Shown piece by piece: positions 53,701 through 64,000 of a stretch of DNA of 64,000 nt. The notes beneath the pieces are model-generated. The model was given only the letters and a program-made list of their open reading frames with translations. It did not search any database and was not told the origin of the DNA. The DNA is taken from assembly GCF_964355755.1 (NCBI RefSeq), contig NC_092672.1:27162437-27226436 (forward strand), read 5' to 3'. How positions within the stretch are numbered: the stretch's first letter is position 1; each line of letters opens with the position of its first letter. Made by a program: the position numbers and the translations under genes. Source of the DNA: Antedon mediterranea (lineage: Eukaryota; Animalia; Echinodermata).

Positions 53701-54989
53701 CCTGGTTCAAATCTTTACCCTGATTGTTTATCACAACACACACACAATTCTTGATTGTTAGGTACTTACCTTCTAAACCATGAAGTCCTGGTTCAAATCT
53801 TTACCCTGATTGTTTATTACAAGTATTAATTTTTATTTCCTTCGTGTCAATATTTAAGAAAATGTTCGTAACTGTGTGCAATATAATAGAAGAAATGTAA
53901 ATATTTTATAAAGTTTTTTCTTTATTCAATTGCTTCTTTTTCTAGTGAAGTTGGTTCAAGTCGATTTGAAGTGACTTCTCAATACTTGGTAGAGAGTGTC
54001 GTTCCATGGCTAAGTGAGACGTTGATGTATTTCACAGTTGCCCTGCAAACATGCCAAGAACTTAAGAATAAGGTATGAAGTTTATTGAGTCAGTGACCTA
54101 TTTATTGGTCTGCTGACCTACTGAATCTGAAACCTCTGACTGATTCAACTACTTAAGCCTTGATCACACTTGATTTAGTTTGGTCAAATTTATTGAGTTG
54201 CTGGCTAAATTTGTCAGTTTGATCACTTATTAAATTTCCGACCACTGACTTCCCAGTAGAACTTTTCATAGTCTCTGTAAAACTAACCAATTTGGCTAAA
54301 GAGTCCAATTCGAATGTGTGACTGTAGGAGTTCATGACCTTTGCCATGTGGTTCTATCATAGTTTTTCTTACAGTTAAATTTTGGTAAAACTAGCCAAAC
54401 CACAGAGGGCACTGTACTGTATATATTTTTTAAATACATCCAGGCAAAAATGGTGCTATTAAAAAAATCTTGCGCATCAGCATATATACTGTATTAAACA
54501 ATGTTCAAATAAACTGATTTTTTTTTCTCTATCCAATATACTGTAGTACAATCAGGGGAAATTACATATTTAGCGAGAGAAGGGAGATCACTAATATCTG
54601 GAAATTTTGACAATTATCGGAAGACTTAATAATAATAATATCATGGATTTATATAGCGCCTGATGTTGTGAAACCTCTAAGCACTGCACATTATTACCCC
54701 AGTAATTTTAAATCAAACACATATGGAAACATACTCCCATATTGCAGCTAGTAATCAGCACAAAGTTTTGTTTTGACCTTACCAGGTACCCATTTATACA
54801 CCTGGGTGAAGAGAGGCAACATAAGTAAGGTTACTTGCCTAAGGATACAAGCAATGCGATGAGCGTTAAATTCGATCAGTATTCCAACATCCACACGCCC
54901 TTTGTAGATTTTCTTTAGTTTTACTTATATAAATTACTTTGTAGATTGATGTATTTGCACCATACCAAGAAGCTAAGCAAGAACATTGA
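29705..54989 (+). CDS. ROGDI: Protein rogdi homolog, 12 coding exons, 289 aa (322 aa if exon 50339-50437 is included)
   Basis: Exons 29705-29743, 30657-30728, 31246-31279, 41867-41918, 42362-42419, 43215-43298, 44186-44281, 48004-48102, 49027-49146, 52315-52358, 53946-54072, 54945-54989; 870 nt in phase. Motifs: EYQWLLQEEVH.VLK.L, DQVRGIITLQGD.ISKAD, W.LQQVQDA.NH, VESVVPWLSE.LMYFTVALQ.CQ.LK.K. Confidence 0.93.
29800..30145. repeat. CTAG/AGGCCT-rich tract at the start of ROGDI intron 1
   Basis: Same word usage as 6480-6850; begins ~55 nt after the first donor. Confidence 0.85.
32862..35007. mobile_element. Non-autonomous DNA transposon with CAG termini and a 5-bp TSD (hAT5-like)
   Basis: cactg|CAGGGCTGCAAATTAA ... 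TTAATTTGCAGCCCTG|cactg. Subterminal ggtagcac and gtcgca/tgcgac words; no transposase ORF. Confidence 0.8.
35526..35991 (-). mobile_element. 3' stub of the Rex1-like LINE interrupted by a Kolobok-like MITE (35648-35977)
   Basis: 35526-35647 matches 61651-61782. The LINE resumes as ttaaggctctaatag at 35978, as at 61788. Confidence 0.85.
42770..43070 (+). mobile_element. Degenerate tRNA-SINE
   Basis: A-box-like tggccaaggggttaaggc and B-box ggttcgagccc (~42841), with an A-rich end. Confidence 0.6.
44401..47092. mobile_element. MITE with AGGGACTTTACGAAACA TIRs (Harbinger/ISL2EU-like), host of a nested element
   Basis: taat|agggactttacgaaacacgacgg ... ccgtcatgtttcgtaaagtccct|atta. The TSD is ambiguous (AT or TA). 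Confidence 0.8.
44877..47030. mobile_element. Non-autonomous DNA transposon with an 8-bp TSD and inverted AAAGTCGCCCC tandem arrays
   Basis: TSD GAAGAGAC at 44869-44876 and 47031-47038. Arrays of ~17-bp units at 44884-45086 and, inverted, at 46823-47023. The terminal 7 nt match imperfectly (GGATGCT vs GGGATCC). Confidence 0.9.
47439..47973. mobile_element. Third Kolobok-like MITE copy, in opposite orientation, interrupted by a SINE
   Basis: ttaa|aaatgtattgttcccc ... ggggacaatacatct|ttaa; the body is the reverse complement of 35648-35977. Confidence 0.85.
47461..47703 (+). mobile_element. Full-length tRNA-derived SINE with an 11-bp TSD
   Basis: A-box TAGCCGAGTGG, B-box GGTTCAATGCC, ctGTC anticodon-like word, central cactcagctgtaaaatgagtacctg. 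TSD TCCCCCTGAAA at 47450-47460 and 47704-47714. Confidence 0.9.
49508..49718. mobile_element. Palindromic TTAA-flanked MITE (Kolobok-like, second family)
   Basis: ttaa|aggacaacttgaccgagg ... cctcggtcaagttttcct|ttaa, with ~75-nt inverted arms. Confidence 0.85.
51315..51355 (+). ncRNA. Minimal type I hammerhead ribozyme-like motif (Penelope-type)
   Basis: gca-CTGATGA-a-gggc(tagtatt)gccc-GAAA-ac-TC-tgc: both core boxes, stem II and a short stem I are present; there is no real helix III. Confidence 0.6.
52830..53818 (+). repeat. Tandem array of 12 units of 83-88 bp with a tRNA/SINE-head-like sequence
   Basis: GGTTCAAATC at 52849, 52933, 53016, 53100, 53186, 53272, 53358, 53444, 53530, 53618, 53704 and 53790. 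Length variation lies mainly in an internal (CA)n. Confidence 0.92.
54627..54895 (-). mobile_element. tRNA-SINE with an L2-type tail
   Basis: Minus strand ends gcgctatataaat..(att)n; same family as 9500-9775. Confidence 0.75.
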
Positions 54990-55909
54990 AGATGTATTCA
55001 TATTCTTCGTCCCAGCTCTTCCCAGAATTCCTCCAGAAAATCGCCAAAGTATTCATCGTGACCTCACCAAAGTAATTCCCCAAATCTACTCAATATTGTG
55101 TATATAGTTTAAGTGCAATGATTTAAACATAGTTTTATTAATCACCCGTTATTGTTGTTAATTGTAATTCTTGTGATTGTTTTAGTGCAGTGTGTAAAGT
55201 GCTTTTTATAAAATTCTGAAATTGAAGATTTTAATGACTTTTTTTATTCTTTTCTATGTTTCTTGGTTGATTGATCTGTCAGTTGCTTACAGCTGGTACT
55301 TAGGCATATTTTATCTGGTAAACAAAACTCATTCCATGATTACAAATTGGGCATTTAATTAAACTGTTTGATCTGCTAGTTGAGTCAGTTGATTACAAAT
55401 TATATGAACTAGAGCATTTATCTTGTAAACAAAACACATTCCATTGTTACAATTTGGACATTTTATTTTTGGACATTTGATTGGAAATTTGATTTAATAT
55501 TTATATATCTTTGTTTCTTATTTTTAATTTCCACAACAATTTACAGTACAATTCATTGTAAGAATTTATCTCTAAGTAAATCATACATTATTTTATTGAA
55601 AAAATGGGTTAATAGAATTGAAGAACACAAATAATTTTATACTTAATAAGACCAATAAAGTCACTTGTTAGTTTGACCAAAAAGGGTCAAATTAGTGGAA
55701 TTCGCTCTAGAAAATCTAGTGTTACAAGTCAACACATAGCGACCCTTATTGTTGATTTTATGACTTTTGAGTGCGTTTGACTGTAGTGGTGGGCTTGCTA
55801 TAAAACAAATATACAATCAATAATATTAAACCAGCAAGGTTAGTATAACAAGAATTGTCTATATTAATACAAAGTCTCATGATAAATATTATCATTGTTT
55901 AAATTAAAA

Positions 55910-56450
55910 TTGCCCCATATAGGATAATTCATGATAGAGTGGTTCATAATGGAAGAGTTCCATGATAAATTGTTTGTAATTGGCTTGTTCCATGATAGAG
56001 TTGTTCCATAATGGAAGAGTCCCATGATAAATTGTTTGTAATTGGCTTGTTCCATTATAGAGTTGTTCCATAATGGAAATTCCCATGATAAATTGTTTGT
56101 AATTGGCTTGTTCCATGATAGAGTTGGTCCATAATGGAAGAGTCCCATGATAACTTGTTTTTAATTGGCTTGTTCCATGATAGAGTTGTTCCATAATGGA
56201 AGAGTCCCATGATAACTTGTTTTTAATTGGCTTGTTCCGTGATAGAGTTGTTCTTGATGGAGTACTGTATCCGTGTTTGACTGGTCCTAAGGTACTGTAG
56301 AGCTGTATAGCGTTATGTGCTCCCATAATAGAGTTGTTCATGATTGACTTCAAAGTGTTGTTCATATTAGAGTGGTCCATGAATAGAGTGATCTTATTAT
56401 ATAGTTGTTCTGTAGAGTTTTAATAATAGAATGTCCATGTATTGGGATGG
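55910..56450. repeat. 62-bp minisatellite built from CCATRAT subunits, decaying rightward
   Basis: ttccataatggaa at 56004 and 56066, with the same period continuing. Confidence 0.88.
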
Positions 56451-56566
56451 TCTCAAAATATATTGAGTTTTCATTAGAGTGTGTTCCCACCAATGTTACA
56501 GCAAGAGCAACAAAATTACAAATAAATAATTTGGTTGCTGTTGCTGTAACATAGTCACAGTAGCTT

Positions 56567-57001
56567 AAAGCCTGTTTTCCACTAGGCAATATTTGTTCAT
56601 GCAAATCAAAAGAATCAAATAATGAAGTTATATGCTTGCATATTCATGTTTGTATCTTTCAAACCCCTATGTCTGCGAAAAATTATAGTTCCTTGAGTTT
56701 TTCGCTTTAATAAATTTAGTAGAGCCTAGTTCAAATTGTTTCTACTTTTGCAAAGCAAAACATCGCAAACAATGAAATTTCATTTTTCATTTCATTATTT
56801 ATTCGGTCTATTTCAGTATATACATAACAAAAAAAACTGAAATTGGGGAGACCAGGGTCAACCTAACTGAACTTAATCAGTGTAGCTGAGCTGGTTTATG
56901 AGCACTTATGCAAACGCAAGCTCAACAGACAAGAAATTCACAGACTATTCACTCTTTTTTTTCTCCTCTGCGAACAAATTTGCTTAGTGGAAAGCAGGCT
57001 T
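56567..57001. mobile_element. Harbinger-like MITE; relatives at ~58127-58480 and 58600-58745
   Basis: aagcctgttttccactaggcaatatttgttc ... gaacaaatttgcttagtggaaagcaggctt. Confidence 0.7.
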
Positions 57002-60000
57002 TATAATTATATTAAATAATACATATATAAGTTAGTTGATTAAATTTAGTTTATATTGTTTTCTATATAAAAGTACTATTATTGCTATTAAATCATGTTA
57101 AAAATGTAAAATAAAAGTGACAATTATGAAATGATAGGTCCATAAATTATGTACTGAAAATTTAAATACAGAAAATAGTGTTTTAAGTGTTAAATAAACA
57201 AGTAACGCTTGGTTGATTTGAACCTTTTAAAAATCTTAATAAGTATAATGGTGCTTTTGATATGTGTATGATATTAATATCTGTACAGTACATTTGAATA
57301 CATTTTATAATTGAAATTTTGAATGTATAAGCTGAGGTATTACATTTTAAACAGCATTCCTTCAAGAGTTATTGTATGACAATTGAATTAATTACTGTAT
57401 TCACCATTAATATCCTTCAAAAGTAGTGTAAACAATTACTGTGTTTAAAATCAATGCTACAAAACTAATGTCAGTTTTATATCTTAAAAATTATTATTAT
57501 ATTATTTCTTAATTTATTTTATAAATGACATTCCTTCAAAATTAGTGTAGGGCCTGTAATAAACATTACTGTTTTTAAAAATGAAGCTTACAAAACTAAT
57601 GTTGAACATCAAAATTATTTAACTAATGTTAAACATCAAAATTATTTATCTTAAATTTAATCGTATACAAAAATAAATTAGTATCTTTAAAATAGATAAA
57701 GTTATTGTAATGTTATTATTCGATGATACTGCCACCAAGTTTCTACTACAGTAGTTTACATTACAAGCGCCACCAGCGGGCGTTTTAATTTTTTTTATTT
57801 TTAGCTCAAAGGTATGACACGTCATGTTTGCAAAAATTCTGTTTTCTTTTTTCGAATCACCGTCTAGAAATTGTTAATATTATTGTTAACATAACCATAA
57901 ACTGCAGTTGTTAATTTATTGCAATTAAAAATAATCAGCAATTAGTAGATAATAGCAGATCACGATTTTATATGATGTTTTACTTTATATTTTCATATGA
58001 GTTTTAATATTGAAACAGTTGTAAAGTGGCAATACAAGACCTTGTACTGTAATAATTATTATTCTTAGATAATTAATGATAACTTATATTAGCCTATATT
58101 ATATTTTTTTTAATAATGTCATTAAAGGCCTGTTTACTACAAGGAAAAATTCACGTGAATCGATGAGTTGGTTTATGCACATGCTTATTTACATAGGGAC
58201 GCTGTTTTGTTGTTATATTAATAGCGAATAGTTTGGATATACCACGAAGTAATTGACTGTTAGGCCTACTGTGGATGTCTATGTTCGGTGGGCGAATTTG
58301 GCGTAGTTTCACAATGAAACAGAAAAGTCCTGCATTACATAGGGACGCTGTTTATTTTTATTAATAACGAATAATTTGTATATACTAAGTAATTGACTGT
58401 GGATGTGCGCGCGTGTCTATGTTCGGTGGCCTAATCTGGCGTAGTTTCACAACGCAGATTCAGTGAAACAGAACAGGCTTACTAAATAATAGTTTTATAT
58501 GTTAAACACTAAAGTAAGTCTAACAATATTCTACAACGGTTGGTGTAAAGCTTGGTTCCCACTAGGAATCAACGTTAGAACGTAAGCGCAATACAAGTAA
58601 GGCTGGTTTTCCACTAATCGAATTTATTGGCGCAAATCTAAAGTGTTAACGAATGCGCATGCGTATTAATATTTTCATCAACTTGTGACGTGAAGAACCA
58701 ATCAGAACTCAGGAATGACCGATTCGCAAATGGAAAATAGGCTTTTCACTAATCACAATCGATGGATTATCGGGACATTTGTTTGTCATTGGTCAACTCT
58801 GTGAATTCTAATTAAAATTGTACTTAAAGTAACAGTTTATTATAGTTTTAAACGAAAGAAAACTAATAAATAATGTTGTCCAAGTACTCGGCTCAACTTG
58901 TTTTTTTATCTGTATATCATATTATAGTCTGTATACACTTGTTTACAAAATCAAATAAATAAAACATGATTGTAGGCTTATTGTTATTATGTTATGGTAT
59001 CACTGCCATTCGTGTTATTGTATATATCCATAGCTGATTGAAGGATTGGGTCAGATATGATATTCTATGTTATGTTGGTGTGTTTGGTTCCCACTAGTAT
59101 AGAGAAGCAACGCAAGAACGTAACCGCAACGTAATGATTTCACCAATCACACAAGCAACGTGTTTATTGTCATTGATCAACGTTGGCGTATACGTCATTG
59201 CATTGCGTCTCTGGTGAGAACTAAAGCATTATGCACTTTCCGTCAATACGGTTCGTCTTTGCGTTGCGTCCTGTGGGAACCAAGATGAACTAACAGTGGC
59301 GTTAATGCGGGTTGTGGGGGGCGTGGGGTGGCTTGGTTGTTTATTACTCCTTAGTAGTTGCATTGGGGCTGCTCATGCTCTGGGCCGCTTACGTTTAACC
59401 AATTAGCGCTGTCTATGTTATGATGTGGAACATACTGGTACAGATAGGTTACTGTACCTTGAGCAATATATTATTTATCTATCTTTATATGACGTTTTGT
59501 TATTTTTGCTATCATTTATTTATTATCACCCAAACGCTGGCCTATGTCGATTAGAGCCAATCATTGTTTAATGCAAATCGTTCATTATGTAAACTGTACA
59601 CAGTGACTCCCGATAACATGACTTGTTGTTGGTGACAGTGACTCGATAACCATGCCAACTTACCTCCTACTGCCCTCTCGACGACGACGGCTATAACCCC
59701 TTACTACCCCTTAATACTTAATCAAGCAACTAATGTCCACGACGAACGCAAGGGAAAGTTTTTACCCCACATCTTAAAATGTTTGTAAAAAAAATTAATT
59801 AAACGTGTATGGCATTTTGATAGGCCTAAATGCGTTTATCAGTGTCACGTGTGTGGAATGATTGCAAATAAAAAAATAATAATTTTGTATTGCGCACAAC
59901 ACGCAAGTAATGCAAAAAGTCTGTTTATACATAACCGGTATGTGATAAATTGCCTTCATTTCTATGAACTATAAATGTCAACACGTGCACATCGTGAGCT

Positions 60001-60256
60001 CTCCAATAGGCAATTTAATGCAAATTTGTATAAAAAACATATAGCTCATCAGAATGAACAGTGACCTCCAATTTTTTGAAGTTATTATGGAAGTCAATGA
60101 GTTCTATATATGAATCCATGCAATGTTTAACGTACAGAATGACGTCATCATTTGGCCACATGAATTAAACAAAATATCATTTTTCCATTCCGTCAAAGGT
60201 CATCATCAGAGCGCTTGTCCCTTGTTTTGTGCCCGATTTTCTCTCAATTTGTAATA

Positions 60257-61508
60257 CTAGATGGTACGCTCGCTTCGCTCGCGTACCATCTAGGTCGTGT
60301 ACACAGATGGTTCTCGAATACACAGTAATTTCAACGTCAAAAAACTGGCGATTTCAAATGTACATACCGCAGGACAATAAATACATTGTCGTTTTCAGAA
60401 ACGAATAAATAGACAAGATGATTAATGTAAAGGCCTACTTCCGAAGTAGAAACTTGTCTTAAAAATGAGTCCAATTTTTTTATTTGAACTCATTTAAACA
60501 AACCCAATTTGTGTTTTGTATATAACATAAGAGTTGAGGGATGGGGAAGGGGGATGGGAAGAACAATTTTTAAATATATTCTGTATCCACTCCGTAACGA
60601 AATATTGTTTTAAATGTTTTATATGCCTATCTATAATATACCACTAAACACAGTAAAATATTTACCATTTAATACCTTTTTAAAACTGTCCCTGTTATAG
60701 TCGATTGAAATAGTAAAGTACGATTAATTATTAATTAATACAAACGTTGAGAAGCGCAGCAACTGTCAGTAATACAGTTTTTATTTGTATATTATGTGTT
60801 TATATATCCAGCAGTAGAGCCTACCCACAGTCACATTAATAAATGTTCTTTGTATATGTGTTTATATAAACAGTAACCACATTCACAGTAAGACAATTTT
60901 GATTCAAATGGCGACCAAAAATGGTTAATACGTACAGTATTTACAATATTATCAAAGTATTGCACACTTTATCTTAGTTTAGTTTATTCTTCAAGGGCCC
61001 ATACATTTACCTACTTGTGTTAAACCAAGGGCTCATAAATTTACCTATAAAAAAATGGGAGTTTGAGAGGTTGGAATGTTTCATTCACCGCAAATCAATA
61101 CATGTGTATAAACGAATATTAAATCTATCAAAATAGAATTTTTTAAAGAAAATCGGTCTTCAACATTATGATACTGTACTCGAGCTGTTCAACCGGTTTT
61201 CAGCTATTAAAAACAATTATCGTTGGAGGAGATAGGAAAATGCGAAGCATCGTCGTATTATTGTGTGCAGGTATTTTTCAAGAGGACATCCATTAGACGG
61301 TGTATATCACGATCGGAAAACACCCCTATTTGTGGCAAATCGTTGAATTCGTTTTAATTGTCAATAACTAATTATCTAACTAAAGTTAATAATCAGGTGG
61401 TTAAAATCAGTACCGAGATTCTAACCAACTTTATATACCATCGAGTAAACATTCTAGAAATAACGCGCGATTTACCGAATTTTGCCCTTACGTAAATTTA
61501 TTTATAGA
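60257..61508 (-). mobile_element. Non-autonomous Helitron
   Basis: Minus strand starts A|TCTATAAATA (61508) and ends in a GC-rich hairpin plus CTAG|T (60257), consistent with insertion at an AT dinucleotide with no TSD. The 5' boundary is less certain than the 3'. Confidence 0.72.
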
Positions 61509-61638
61509 TGTTCTTGCTCAAAATATTATCTTTTATGGGTTACCACGTCTGCAAATTTAAATAACGTGGTCGGGTAATTTCACCTACATAATATTAAATA
61601 TCTTACAGCTCTTCAAAATTAAAGGTGACTTCCATGTT

Positions 61639-62926
61639 TATCAAGTATCAAGTATCATTTATTATCATTTGTTTTAAGAAAAACATAGAAATTCTGTTTG
61701 CTCTGTTGGCGGAGCACAATATCCAACGGACACAACACGAACTCAAAAACAAAAACATTACAAAAAAAAAAAGTGTCTACATCATATTTAAGGCTCTAAT
61801 AGATCCTGGAAAGAAACTATTTGTAAATCGTGCCTTATTGGCCTTAATAGAACGAAATCGCCGACCGCTGCGCATCAACTGGAACATACTAGAGGCCGGA
61901 TGAAATTGATCATCTTTGATAGCCACTGCCTTTTTCAGAAGACGATCCGAAAATATGTTCTCCAAAGGCAGTTGTGCAGATCCAATTATACGCGATGCGG
62001 TCTTGACTATTCTATTTAGGTCACGCTTTTCATTTTCGGTAGCGCTACCGAACCATACCGTTAAAGAATACGTTATTACACTCTCTATAACTGACCTATA
62101 GAAGGACGACATTATTTCAGAGTTTATACCAAATGATTTAAGTCTACGTAGGAAGTAGATTCTTCTTTGGGCCTTTCTAATAATGTTACGTGTGTTAATA
62201 TGCCACTTCAGATCATTTGAAATATAAATACCCAAGAATTTAAATTCTTCTACAAACTCAACTGATATACCATTAATAAATATTGGATATTTGACATTAA
62301 GTGATTTACGGAAGTCTACAACCATTTCTTTAGTCTTAGATACATTCAAGAACAGATTGTTTTCGTTACACCAGTCTACAACTCGTTTAACTTGGTTGCG
62401 ATAAATATACTCATCACTGTCATCATTGATTAGACCTACAATGGTAGTATCATCTGCAAATTTAGCGATATGACAGTTACTGTAGTAGGTAGCACAGTCA
62501 TAGGTAAATAAAGTAAAAAGAAAGGGCGACAGTACACAGCCCTGTGGTACACCTGTATTTATAATACGCTTATCTGATATAATGGTACCCACTTTAGTAC
62601 GTTGGGGTCGATCAGTTAAAAAGTTTAACACCCAGTTACATATAGAAATATCGAAACCGATTTCAACCATCTTAGTGTGTAACTTATACGGTACAATCGT
62701 ATTAAATGCTGAACTAAAATCTATATATAAAATCCTTGCATATCTTTTATCACGTTCGAGATGCTCTAAGATCCTATGCAAAGTGATCGATACAGCATCT
62801 TCGGTAGACCGGTTTGGTCTATAGGCGAACTGATATTGGTCAAGATCTCGAGGACACTTGGCCTTTAGGTAATTAAGGACTATATGTTCAAAGCATTTCA
62901 TCAGAACCGATGTTAATGTTATAGGT
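61639..62926 (-). mobile_element. 5'-truncated Rex1/Babar-like non-LTR retrotransposon
   Basis: RT ORF followed by a 3' UTR ending aataaatgatacttgatacttgata. The truncation falls at PITLTSVLMKCFE. Confidence 0.9.
61777..62901 (-). CDS. LINE reverse transcriptase, C-terminal 374 aa with an uninterrupted frame
   Basis: QFAYRPNRSTEDA, YIDFSSAFNTI, GVPQGCVLSPFLF, KFADDT, LNVSKTKEMVVDFR, FKFLG. Confidence 0.93.
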   Translation of the reverse strand: MKCFEHIVLNYLKAKCPRDLDQYQFAYRPNRSTEDAVSITLHRILEHLERDKRYARILYIDFSSAFNTIVPYKLHTKMVEIGFDISICNWVLNFLTDRPQRTKVGTIISDKRIINTGVPQGCVLSPFLFTLFTYDCATYYSNCHIAKFADDTTIVGLINDDSDEYIYRNQVKRVVDWCNENNLFLNVSKTKEMVVDFRKSLNVKYPIFINGISVEFVEEFKFLGIYISNDLKWHINTRNIIRKAQRRIYFLRRLKSFGINSEIMSSFYRSVIESVITYSLTVWFGSATENEKRDLNRIVKTASRIIGSAQLPLENIFSDRLLKKAVAIKDDQFHPASSMFQLMRSGRRFRSIKANKARFTNSFFPGSIRALNMM

Positions 62927-64000
62927 TAATTTATAACTTATTATTATGAATTAGATATTAATTTGTGCCTATCGAAGTGACATTTATGTTTTGATTTGTT
63001 TTGCTATTGTATATTTAGTTGTCACGCTATTTGTCAATTAGAGTCAATCAGTGTGTTTATTGAGTGAATAATCGTATTGTTATCTGTGAAATCTTTGTTG
63101 TGAGTACACAGTGAACTCGTGATAACATAAGTTGGTGAAGAGACCCAGTGAACTCTCGATAGCATAGTTTGTTGTGGGTGAAATAGCAAGCAACAGCACT
63201 GACTTTGATGCACACTGCCCTAAAATTTGTACTACAGGACTGTCGAAGACGACGAAAGTTACTCACCTTCGTCAATGACTGATAGCTCAAGCCAATAATA
63301 TTAGGGAAATCTGAAATATTGAGAAAACAAATTCAAACCAAGCGTTCATGGCAGTTTTTTATGCATTATCATTGTCATATGTGCGCGCCGATTGATTGGA
63401 ATAAGCTAATCCTTTTAAAGGCATATTCTCGATCACTGTTTGAGAAACCTCCCACTCCCTCCGCCCCTCCCCTATCCCTACATGGATTTTATCGGTGGTT
63501 GCGCCCAATGTGTCATATTTGTTTACTCGTACCATTCTCTCCGTTTTGACATAATAATTAATACACAACGTATACAATAATATACAAATAATAGTAAAAC
63601 TCTGACGTAATAGTTCAATAGTATGACTATTGGATATCAACCCACAATCCTGCAATCAAATGACAAGAGTCTATGCCGGTGTGCTGTAATAATATAACGA
63701 AACGTATGACAATTACGTGTATATATATTGTGTAATAATACAGATGCTAATTTTAATAAGACAAAAACAACAGCCATTTGGGTCCTAGGCATATATTTTA
63801 CAAATCTACAGATAAGCAAATTTATAGAAAATCACTGGACTTTGCCACATAGGTTAACCTGACCTCTGCTTTTAAAATGTTTGATTGCTTTCTATCTTTT
63901 CAACACAATCAACAAGTCTGACAATTTCACCAGGTATGTATAATTTATATTGCGTTAAGTTTACGTAGTCAATAATCTTATTCTGTTACATAGGCGCGGG

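Noticed and set aside
52830-53818. CRISPR-like array, or an amber-suppressor tRNA (ttCTAaa)
   Set aside because: Units are near-identical with no unique spacers and no cas genes, and the context is eukaryotic. The anticodon stem does not pair and the loop fits TCT better.
55864-56380. ORFs over the 62-bp repeat
   Set aside because: Repeat-derived open frames.

Overview
AT-rich, intron-rich animal genomic DNA, not prokaryotic; an invertebrate is likely but the taxon cannot be fixed from sequence. Spliced by hand: the first coding exon of CCDC157 (-), a complete 9-exon SLC43-family transporter (+), an unrecognised 6-exon single-pass membrane protein gene (-) that the ORF track shows only in fragments, ANKUB1 with a single-exon CDS (+), and a 12-exon ROGDI gene (+) with a candidate extra in-frame exon. 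The most notable structure is a 5.2-kb Zisupton/KDZ-type DNA transposon (980-6155). It has an 8-bp target-site duplication (TSD), mismatched extreme termini, long inverted arrays of tandem repeats and a decayed transposase-SAP-Ulp1 protease-PHD polyprotein, and it is nested in a TTAA-flanked MITE. A second, non-coding element (44877-47030) has the same end architecture but an unrelated repeat unit. Also present: a Helitron, a young Rex1-like LINE, tRNA-SINEs, a tandem array of tRNA-like units, a minimal hammerhead-like motif and many MITEs. All coordinates and family calls were made by eye and from recall of family motifs; no searches were run.
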